From the NCBI GenBank assembly GCA_964016885.1, contig OZ024740.1, forward strand, positions 308,078,001 through 308,142,000: a DNA stretch of 64,000 nt, written 5' to 3'. The notes under the pieces were generated by a model, which did not search any database, was not told the DNA's origin, and saw only the letters and a list, made by a program, of their open reading frames with translations. Shown here one piece after another: positions 54,421 through 64,000 of this stretch (positions are counted from its first letter, which is position 1; each line of letters opens with the position of its first letter). Origin of the DNA: Eledone cirrhosa. Its lineage: Eukaryota. Position numbers and translations under genes: made by a program.

Positions 54421-55194
54421 AAAACTCTGCCGTGTCGTTTGGCGGTTAAGTTTTTGGTGGCCGCTTAACAGACCGAATGAAACCCTTTTGCGGAGAGTAT
54501 CAAATTATTGCTACACACACACACTACCGCTTTCAAAACTAAGTCTAACCGATTCTAAAAGAATTTATTAATTTATTATATTATTTCAAAGTGTTACTAA
54601 TATCAATGAAGTACTGTGATAATGAGCCTAGAAAATAAAGATTGTTAGATAATTAAATAATTTTATATAAAGCAAGCTAAGCTTCTTAGGAATACATGGC
54701 ATTTCAAGTGGATGTGTGTGATACACAACTGGAGTATTTAGATGGAATGTATGATCCTGTAACTCCTGATGGAGTCATAGGGGCCCTGTATTGACGTACG
54801 GCGTTTCTAGGACATTTTTTTTTAACCTGGCAGAGCCCATCTCCTCTCCAAGTCTGAATACAGCAGATTTCTCCCAGAAAAGAACAGAGAAAGTGAGAAA
54901 GAGATATAGAGGAAGAATCGCCCCCAGTACTAAACTGATACTTTTTTATCGACTGGTACTGGGAATAAAAAGACTATGAAGATTAAGAAATAGGCGATAA
55001 ATATCTGAATATGGTACCTGTATCCACTTAGTATATTTACTTTTCTCTCCTCACCCAGACTTTGTCTTTATTCATTTTCAGTATCATAAAACCTCTCAGT
55101 ACCAAAACATCGGATTTGCTCTCCTAACAACATAACTTTTCCAATCTCATCTCTCTCTAGTCTAAAATCTGTCTTAAGCCAGGAGCCTCGTCAG

Positions 55195-55440
55195 ACTGGT
55201 GCTTATCCCGGTTTCGTGGTGCGAAGCAATTGGGAGTACATGACTCTCCCCTGGACAGGACGCCAGCTAATTGCAGCGTTAAACTCCCAACTATTGCTGG
55301 TATTCATTTTCAGCTGACTATACTGGATCAACATGAAATGAAGTGTTTTGCTCAAGAACACAACACACAACCCAACCCAGGAATCGAACCCACGACATTA
55401 TGATCGTAGGTCCAACACCCTTACCAGTAGGCCACGAATC
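55195..55440 (-). mobile_element. tRNA-derived SINE of a different family
   Basis: Minus strand GTGGCCTACTGGTAAGGGTGTTGG..GGTTCGATTCC head then GTGTTCTTGAGCAAAACACTT core; an older relative at ~3360-3660 (+). Confidence 0.7.
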
Positions 55441-55961
55441 TCACTGTATCAATTTTTTGCTGACACAAACCACCTCTAGCCTCCCACCCCCACCCCCGGA
55501 TACAATTTTTATAATATTATATTGAATATATCTTTCGCCGATGTATATTGAGGAATATAAACATTAGAAAAAAAAGTCGGTGCTTGAGATATTTGTTCTA
55601 CAGCGAGTTACTGACACTCCTTTGACAACCCGGTTGTCACAAACGCAGTAGCGGTGACTGGCCAGTTAAAAACCCCTGACTAAAGATGCAATCGTTCATC
55701 AATTATGGTATACAATCAAATCAATAAATAAACGAAAAATTGTTTAAATTCATGAAATTCATAGAATATATTTAATAATTGTTTCTACTTTTGGCACAAG
55801 GCCAGCAATTACCCAGTACATAATTGTACTTGTTTAAAAAATAACATTTTCTTCTTTCTCTTGTGAGTTTTCATGATAAACCTGTATCACATATTTTTCA
55901 TTTCTAAAACCCACTATTTTTAAATTTTATTTTTTAATGTATCTATGTTATATGTCTTAAA

Positions 55962-56264
55962 ATAATTGTTTCTACTATTGGCACAAGGCCAGCAATTATC
56001 CAGTACATTACTGGTACTTTATTTTATCGACCCCGTAAGGATGAAAGGCAAAGTTAACCTCGGCGGGATTTGAACTCAGAATGGCAAGGGCCGTAACTCT
56101 ATGCGTCAAATCATGGTGTCCGACCCTCTACTGATACTGTCAATTCACCGCCTACATAATTGTTTCTACTTTAGGCACAAGGCCAGCAAATTACCCAGTA
56201 CATTACTGGTTCTTTCTTTTATCGACCCCGTAAGGATGAAAGGCAAAGTTAACCCCGGCGGGAT
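55962..56264 (-). mobile_element. Two tandem SINEs immediately upstream of the MIC26/27 start
   Basis: One full and one 5'-truncated copy; a further tail fragment at ~55775-55830. Confidence 0.9.
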
Positions 56265-56366
56265 ACTGTCGCGTAATTCAGAAAATAAAACGTGAGCAAA
56301 AAAATGTCCGGAAGAAATATTGTTGCTGTCATTTTTAATCTAACACCGTTCAAGATGGCGCGTCAG
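56265..56366 (+). promoter_or_regulatory. Putative TATA-less core promoter / 5' region of the MIC26/27 gene
   Basis: CCGGAAG (ETS/GABP-type) at 56308-56314, CAAGATGGCG (YY1-type) overlapping the ATG, locally higher CpG. Confidence 0.5.
56355..56366 (+). CDS. APOO: MICOS MIC26/MIC27 (ApoO-like) gene, coding exon 1 (MARQ)
   Basis: AAGATGGCG start context; ATG GCG CGT CAG followed by strong donor GTAAGG; phase 0 matches exon 2. Confidence 0.7.
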
Positions 56367-57734
56367 GTAAGGTTAAATTTTCACGTTGATATTGCCTGAT
56401 TTATTTTTTAAATATTTATTTCTCTGTTCGACTGTGGAAAATATTTAAGTGATTAGCTATTTATAACTTTCATCTTTGGTTATGTTTGTTATTGGATATT
56501 TTCTGTAGGCATGACATCTATAGCAAAGCTCGAGTTGAGGCCGAAATAAGACGGTGTCACATTCATGCATTCAAGGACATACTATAACGAAAGAGAAAGA
56601 GGTCCTAATTAAATATCACAATCTGTAATTTCTTTGTTCGATTTGCAAAAGACTTACTTTATTATGATCTGACAAAAATAATAATACAGATTTCTGAAGT
56701 AGCTGATAAACATTTTGTGAAAGGACAAAGTCGAGCCAATCGCTCAAAGTACTTGACTGGTACTTGTTTAGCTGAAACTTGTTCAAGGTTTTTATTATTT
56801 TTATTTGGGTAAGATAAGACAAATTGTACAACAGAAAATGTTAAAAAAATTGTGAAGTAACATATTAAAAACTGTTATGAGAATATTCATTATCGAATAT
56901 ATTCGTCCTTTAAATACAGTAGTAAAAATAATCTCGATTAAAAAGTGAATCTAACACGAGACAGCTCGAGAACCTCTACGTGCTCAATTGACTTGTAAGA
57001 AATAGCAGCTAGATTTCGCCCAAGTCACACATTATATTCTTTAAAAAACAGAAGGATGCACTAGATAAGATAGTATTACACTGTCTAAAAATATCTAATT
57101 CAGTATTAGGTTTTGTTTTTAGTCAAGAGTACGTAGAATGTCTTCTGCTAAAAATGATACTATCAATACGAGAACTTTAAATCAATTAATTCACTATATT
57201 TTTTGGCTGTCCTTCGTAAATGGTAGACGAAATTTAAACAAACGAATCGATATATTCCGTCATCCTCTGCATCTCAGTGGACAAGTATCTATTAAAATAA
57301 TTTTCTGAATCCTTAATGAGTAAAAGGGGGAAAAAAAAAAATCACATGAATGGATATCAATTTTCGAAGTATCTGCAGGAATTTGACTTATTAGTAACAG
57401 AAAATGTTTAAAATTAAATAATATGATAATGATTAAAGAAAATACGATAGAAAATTATTGTAATAAATCCTAAAGGATTTATTACAATAATTTTCTTTCG
57501 TATTTTCTTTAATCATTAGCGGAGAACGACAGATCACGTCCTTTCGATTATTTACATTTTGTCTACCGCTTACGAAGCCTCGCCCCCAGCCTTCTGGGAT
57601 CGATAACTTCTGGAGTCGATATAACCGACTTTCTCCTTCTTCTAAATTGCTGACCTTGTTCAAAAAAATTATTCAACTGTCAACTTCCAACTCTGCTGTG
57701 CATATCAATCCTATGTAGGATCAATTGACTGGAA

Positions 57735-58480
57735 TTTGAAGACTATATGGTATTACTTAACTCATCAGAAGGTGATCTCCAATATGCACTGGATAGGTTT
57801 GATGTTGAGGGCTGCATGGCAGGAATGAATGTCCTTGTTGTGATGACTGAGACACTCTCATCCTCTCAAGAAAGCCTGCATAATACACGGCATATAAGTC
57901 AAGTTCCACTGAAGCAGGTGGAGAAGTTCAAGTAACTTGAGGGTGTTTCCATGAGTGATGGAAGGCAGGAGGTTGAATTAAGTGCAGGAGTTGGTGCATT
58001 TCTGCACCAGCTTCAGAAGAAAGGAGGCAGGTGTTAAAGCCAAACTTGCTGTGTTCCTACCAATCCTTACCTATGGCCATGAATCTTGGGTAATGACTGA
58101 AAGAATATGACCATGAATACAAGCAGCCAAAATAGGGTTCCTCCAAAGGGTCTATGGAGTAATGTTATTTGATAGGGGTATAGCTTGGAGATCAAGGAGT
58201 CACTCCAGGTAGAGCTGCTACTTCTCCCAATCAAGACATCACAGTTCTGATACTATGGCCATAGGACATATGGTTAAAGGGTCTAAGGAAAGAATTTCTG
58301 GACATATTTTATAGGCAAAGCCAACCAAGAAGACCCAGAGGCAGACCACAATCAAGATTATTGAATAACCTTCATTAACTCAGTTGGAAATCCAGCTGGA
58401 TCAATTGGAAATGGTTGCTTCTGATAGAACCTTCTGGAAGGTGTGTCAGAGGACTCTGTCTTCATGACGCTCCTAGGAAA
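57735..58480 (+). mobile_element. RTE-like LINE fragment in intron 1
   Basis: LQYALDRF, LKQVEKFK, PILTYGHESWVMTER, KRPRGRP; 3' end homologous to 31400-31590. Confidence 0.8.
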
Positions 58481-59148
58481 AAGTGGGCAAAAGGAAGGAC
58501 CTCAAAATGAGGGTGAATGTTTTACTTTCTCATCTGAATTCTCATCTTCCAATTCAATGTGGTTAAATAACAATTTATTGTAAAATATGAGAAATTATTT
58601 TCCTTATATCACACAACTCAAAGTTAAAAAAGAAATTGTTAAATTTGTTTCAACATCTGAGTAAGTTACTCAAGGCTAAAACTCTCACTAAGCTATTGAG
58701 TAAATCTCATAGGACTCCATTAGTATTCTGTAAAATGGATCTTGAGTAACAGATCTTTTGTTCCATTCATGGTTTATATCAGCCTTGTCCTCAATGTTTT
58801 AAGTGACAAGAACAATAAAATGCTGAATATGATTGGCAGCATAATTCCAAACCCCAAAAGCCTCTCTAATATTGCTATATACTGCCCATTAATCTGATCA
58901 AACCAGTTTGTCAACAATGTATTGACATCATCCTGACAAACCTCCCAAAAGTGAGTCCCTACATTTCTATAACAATCACTTTCTAAAACCAAAGTGCTAG
59001 TGAGTAGGAAAGAAGATAGAGCCCTGATTCCGTCAGGGAAGTGGTCCTGCTCAATATGTAGAAAGGGAATAGGCATAAACTCCATTCGATGTACACAATG
59101 TAAATCCTGATTTATTTTGATTCTATTTATTTCTTTTAAATTGTCTAG

Positions 59149-59241
59149 GTGTTGAAACTTGGATCAATGGGCTTCCCTGTTTACTTTGCTGCTCCCAGCA
59201 TTGAAGAAGGCAATGACAAAAAAACAATGACAATAGCTGAG
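59149..59241 (+). CDS. APOO: MIC26/MIC27 exon 2 (VLKLGSMGFPVYFAAPSIEEGNDKKTMTIAE)
   Basis: Pyrimidine-rich acceptor ttgtctAG, 93 nt, donor GTAGGT, phase 0/0; joins exon 3 to give ELPIY, typical of ApoO-family N-termini. Confidence 0.85.
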
Positions 59242-59689
59242 GTAGGTAAGAAACACGCTGACCCTCATCAAAACCTTAGTGTGTGCCACATTAAAATACT
59301 TCTCATATACATATCAATGCTGCTGTTAGACACATAGCACATAGATATGACTGCATGGTTAAGACATTCACTTCACAATGGCATGGTCCCAAGTTCAATC
59401 TGACTCCATGGCAGATTGGGCAAATGGTTTTTACCCATAGTTTCAATTTTGTATGTCAGGGATTATTATCTAATATGGCTTTCTTTTTTAAGAAAGATAA
59501 AAGCTGACCTTACGCAATTGTACCACAGGATTGAGATGTTTGGCATTATGCAATAATACAGAAGACATGCCTTCCCATGAGCACAAACTCAAACATCTAG
59601 CAAGCACCTCTGAACCTCTATACCCCCTTCCATACACCCCACACCCCTACACACACACACACACACACCCCCACTTCTGTCCACACCAC

Positions 59690-60005
59690 CTTACACTGTA
59701 AAGCTATGTTAGTATCACAACAAAAAAGTATTCAGCCCACACTGTAAAGTGGTTGTGTAGGTGTCATGAAAAAAAGCACCTAGCACACTGTAAAATGGTC
59801 ATGTAGGAATCACGACAAATGTCACCCAGCACACACTGTAAATATGGTTAGCATTAGGAAGGGCATCTAGCCATAGAAACTTAGTCAGAAACAGTTCTAT
59901 ATGAGCAAGACTTGGTCACCTGACCTGACTTGCCTCTAATGGGACAACCTGTCTAACCCATGCTCGCATGGAAAATGGACATTAAACCATCATAATGATG
60001 ATAGA
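59690..60005 (+). mobile_element. Non-autonomous RTE-associated repeat; relatives at ~62525-62695 (+) and ~60860-61045 (-)
   Basis: GCATTAGGAAGGGCATC.AGCCATAGAAAC ... AACCCATGCT.GCATGGAAAA and (GAT)n tail recur. Confidence 0.6.
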
Positions 60006-60508
60006 TTATGATTTGAAGAAAATTTAGTTACTACTATTTTTAGCTGATTGAGCAACCACATACCAGCTCTCTCATGTAGTTCGTATTTCTTTAGCTGCCA
60101 TTATACTCACCATTTGAAGGCTGTGAATTAACAGAGACAATAGAGTGCCATACCATATGCCACAAACCATCTGAAGTAAATAAGAGAGTTTGTTATTTAT
60201 TCAACCAGGCAAACTGATCTAAGTGAAGTTAGTTACCTTAATCTAAGGTACAACACAAAGGCTGTAATAAGATCTAAACTTAGACAATGAAGTTAGTAGT
60301 TCTAGATCTTAATGTAACAGCAGTGTACTTTATAGAAAAGTGTGTCATTGTATTGTACTTTACTATAAGTTCACTATACATAGAAGTAACTATACCTCTC
60401 TGCCCATTTATAAATCTGTAACTTTGTCGCAATTTAATAACCATTTTACTTTTGTGTTTATTGTTCTATTTCTAGCTTTTGTATTGTACCTTTTTTTTTC
60501 ATTTCCAG

Positions 60509-60634
60509 CTACCTATATATGAACCAGCTCCAAAGAAGTACATCTACCAGTTTGTACCTTCTGAACAAACTGCTCTACAGAAAGGAATTGGAAGTGTTCG
60601 CAAGTTCTTTACTAGATACCAGCAATCAATAGTG
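60509..60634 (+). CDS. APOO: MIC26/MIC27 exon 3 (LPIYEPAPKKYIYQFVPSEQTALQKGIGSVRKFFTRYQQSIV)
   Basis: Acceptor tttttttttcatttccAG, 126 nt open, donor GTATGA, phase 0/0. Confidence 0.9.
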
Positions 60635-61674
60635 GTATGAAAGATGATCCTTTACCATTTCCTTTGCTTTTTGTCATTTATTTCCTTCATTTTCCTCATC
60701 ACCATCATCAGTACTTTCATCATTAAAACTTACAGTGTTTAAAAAGCTGAAGTACAGAATTACTATCTGAACAACCATGAGTCTAATTCTTATTAGTGAC
60801 TGTACAAAGGCCTGTTAAAGACTGTACTTCTTCTTGGGTGATAGACTTTAATCTGTTATTCTCATCAACATTTAGTGTCTATTTTTTCATGCTTGCATGG
60901 ATTAGACCCATTGTCACATTATGAGACAAGTCAGGCTCGGAGACCACGTCTTACTTATACGGATCAGTATTTTTGCTTGGTTTCTACAGCTTGATGCTCT
61001 TCCTAATGTCAACCATGTTACAGTGTGGACTGGGTACTTTTTATTGTGGCACCAAAATAACCATAACGGGTACTGCCTATCTTCCTGTGAATAACAAATA
61101 AAAATTCAGATATTACTGCCATTGCAAGCCTAGTCATGGTTGACAGCAGGGGTCATATCATATATTACTACTGAATAGTTAAGTTGGAAATTCGTCAAGC
61201 TGTAAAAATATTCCACCTCACAATCACCAAGATGATGCCTCCTTTTTTTCTTCGTTTTATGTCACTCCAAGCATTAATGTTTACATTCTTCAAATCACTG
61301 TTGATGTCATCATGACTTCTACTGGGATCTGATATTTTGCTACAGACTCTTACCATAGCTCTTATCTATAATATCATTCTGCTTGTGTATGTACTCTTGA
61401 GTCCCAAATAGGTGGTGGTGGAAAATCGGTAATTTTTCAATGTTGTCTCCGTTGATTTTTTTTTAGACAGAATTAGTCGATTAGTTTAGATATTGAGACC
61501 CCAATCCTGTTTATTTTATAACGTATGAGATTTCTAGTAATATTTTTTTTTTGTCATGTATAATATTTTTTAATGTATAAAGAAAATTAATTGTTGCAGA
61601 AATGCTACCACTTAAAATAAAATTTTGCTGGAGATAGATTAGCAAAATTTAATAAGGAAAGGCGAAGTTGTCTC

Positions 61675-61798
61675 GCAGAGGTTAGCTTTGCCTTTCATCC
61701 TTAAGGGGTTAATAAAATAAAGCACCAGTAATGCACTGGGGTCGATTTAATCAACTTTCTCTACTCAACTTTGCCTATAGTAGACATCATTATTATTG
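61675..61798 (+). mobile_element. 5'-truncated SINE
   Basis: GAGGTTAGCTTTGCCTTTCATCC core and ATT tail. Confidence 0.8.
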
Positions 61799-62807
61799 GG
61801 CATTAGCATTACAGATTAGGTCCTTGGATCTTTTTTTTTTTTAAATTCTTTTGGCCTTGAGGAAGGAGTATGCCCATAGCCATTATGTGCACTCTGAGAC
61901 CAATGAGATCACTGCAGTTAATTTTCCTTTTGAATTGGCTGATAGAAAGAGAGAGAAGAATTCCAGCAGGCTGATGCTCTTGGATTGAAGGATTGGATGA
62001 TAGTGAATAGTTTGGTGCCTGGGAGGATGAACATAATAGAGATGATAAGAGGAGAGACAAGTGAATTGTGAGTGCTTGAGGGGAGGGGGCACAAAAACCA
62101 ACCAGCTCTTAGAAACAGAGGCCCTTGTAGTAATGATAGAAAAAGTAAAAAACAGTGGAAACACATCTGTGGGCCAGAGGATGGAGAGTGTTGGTAAACA
62201 ACATTGTGCTAATCAGTTGGGTGGCCCTTTTTTTAATGTGGTCTAGAATGTGTATCTGTAGCAACAACACTGTCCCAGATGTAGTATGTATTCCATTGTT
62301 GGTCTCACTTGAGCTTTAGAATTGCTGTGGGCTGAAATATTGTTTTATCTGAAAGGCAAAAACCAGTCTTTGTCATACAGTTGCTAAGTTGAGGATGTGC
62401 ATTCGCCAGAAAAGATCCCTGTGATTGTGAAGCTTAGCACATCTACTGATGTTGGGAGATCGAGTGAAATGTTGTTGATGTTGTTCATTCCTTTAAGTGT
62501 ATGAGACATATGTTTATTTTATTATGTGGCTGGCATTAGGAAGGGCATCCAGCCATAGAAACCAAACCAGAACCAGTTCTGTTTGAGCAAGACATGGTCA
62601 CCTGGTCTGATTTGTCTCACAACGGGACAACTTATCTAACCCATGCTAGCATGGAAAAATGGATGTTAAACAGATGATGAGGATGATGATGATGGCTGAC
62701 CTGGAGCTACACAGAAACTAATATTATATATGCCATAGGCTTGTTTGATCAAGACTGATTTGGATCTAAATAACTATAACTACATTGAAGCAAATTGTTC
62801 TTTACAG

Positions 62808-62862
62808 AGCTTCACCGAGAAAGTAACCTACAAATTAGAAGTTTCCAAGGCCCACACTTTAG
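62808..62862 (+). CDS. APOO: MIC26/MIC27 exon 4 (SFTEKVTYKLEVSKAHTL+G)
   Basis: Acceptor ttctttacAG, 55 nt, donor GTGAGT, phase 0/1 consistent with both neighbours. Confidence 0.88.
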
Positions 62863-63171
62863 GTGAGTATTACTTTAACTCATAACATCCTGTAATGATT
62901 AAGCAGAAAATGTCTAAATTTAAATGTTTATAGTGTCTTTACTTGTGGACAGAAAATTGTTGTTAAAATTTGCAACATTAGGATAATGACTTTAATATAT
63001 AATATAGTCATAGAGCTGTTTTGTACTTTTCAAGAATGTTTTGCTCATGAGGTTTCATGTGGTACAGGATGTTAAGAGTTAAATGAGTGTTAATTTACTC
63101 TGAAACTTAGAATTTTACCTCCATACAGATTTATACTTTTGATAAGTGTTTAGAGAAATGTTATAAGTGTT

Positions 63172-63640
63172 GCACTCAGTGTGGAGATTGGTTCTGAGTA
63201 TTGTGTTGAGTGGAGACTGGTTCAGTGTGGTGTGTTAAGGGAATACTCAGTGTTGAGTGGAGACTGGTTCAGTGTGGTGTGTTAAGGGGATACTCAGTGT
63301 TGAGTGGAGACTGGTTCAGCGTGGTGTGTTAAGGGAATACTCAGTGTGGTGTGTTAAAGGGATACTCAGTGTTGAGTGGAGACTGGTTCAGTGTGGTGTG
63401 TTAAGAGGATACTCAGTGTTGAGTGGAGTCTGGTTCAGTGTGGTGTGTTAAGGGGATACTCAGTGTTGAGTGGAGACTGGTTCAGTGTGGTGTGTTAAAG
63501 GGATACTGGTTCAGTGTGGTGTGTTAAAGGGATACTGGTTCTGTGTGGCGTGTTGAGTGAAGACTGGTTCTGTGTGGTGTGTTGAGTGGGGACAGGTTCA
63601 GTGTGATGTATTGAGTGGAGACTCAGTATTGAGTGTTATG
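63172..63640. repeat. 47-bp minisatellite with sub-unit deletions in MIC26/27 intron 4
   Basis: Unit ACTCAGTGTTGAGTGGAGACTGGTTCAGTGTGGTGTGTTAAGGGGAT. Confidence 0.92.
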
Positions 63641-63748
63641 TATTGAATGAGAAATGTTGAGCAGAGAAACAAGTGATTTCACTTGTTTCTCTGCTCAAGT
63701 AAAGTAGATGACCAACAAAATATAACTATATTGTTATTTCCATTGCAG

Positions 63749-63844
63749 GTGTTATTGACTACATCCAGAATGATCCAAATGTACTAGCCCGAGCTGGAGT
63801 AATCACAGTGGCAGGTCTAGGTGGTATTGTAGCTGGCTACAAAG
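63749..63844 (+). CDS. APOO: MIC26/MIC27 exon 5 (GVIDYIQNDPNVLARAGVITVAGLGGIVAGYK+G); gene continues beyond window
   Basis: Acceptor tttccattgcAG, 96 nt, donor GTAGAC, phase 1/1; RAGVITVAGLGG..AGYKG resembles the first glycine-rich transmembrane segment of ApoO/ApoOL. Confidence 0.9.
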
Positions 63845-64000
63845 GTAGACTCACTTTTTTTTCACCCTGTCATATTTATTGAGTATTATTCATTTCTTGT
63901 ATATTATTCATTTCTTGTATATACTGTTTTTCCCATCATAGAAGATGCTTCACCCTCGAGGATGCGCCTCAACTTTGACAACCCAAAATTTGAAAAACAA

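Noticed and set aside
54420-54800. Hammerhead or SECIS downstream of the + strand Penelope-like ORF
   Set aside because: No CUGANGA..GAAA fold, no convincing SECIS, and no in-frame UGA in the visible ORF
58774-59085. 103-aa minus-strand ORF in intron 1
   Set aside because: No recognisable motif or splice support

Overview
Eukaryotic, AT-rich, repeat-dense DNA. The tRNA-headed SINE family, huge (TA)n/(CA)n/(GGT)n tracts and LINE types look like a coleoid cephalopod (octopus-like) genome; this is inferred from repeat style only. The one host gene I can support is the 5' part (five coding exons, 56355-63844, + strand, continuing past the window) of a MICOS MIC26/MIC27 (apolipoprotein O-like) gene. 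The first ~56 kb is microsatellite and decayed mobile elements: RLE-type, CR1-like, RTE-like and L1/Tx1-like LINE fragments, two Penelope-like GIY-YIG elements, a Chapaev3-like transposase, a Helitron helicase fragment, MITEs and about 20 SINE copies or fragments. Nearly all long ORFs in the supplied track are translations of simple repeats. The main hidden signal is a set of type I hammerhead-ribozyme motifs folded by eye: five essentially complete ones (4191, 25830, 40450, 43096, 50341) plus truncated or scrambled relatives. All five are on the minus strand in short unique islands beside dinucleotide microsatellites, and stem II ranges from a 3-bp GNRA-capped hairpin to a ~90-nt rod. Also notable are a palindromic element with two convergent tRNA-like Pol III units, a 53-bp-arm hairpin, and a fold-back relationship inside the ~11-kb CAC/GGT array.
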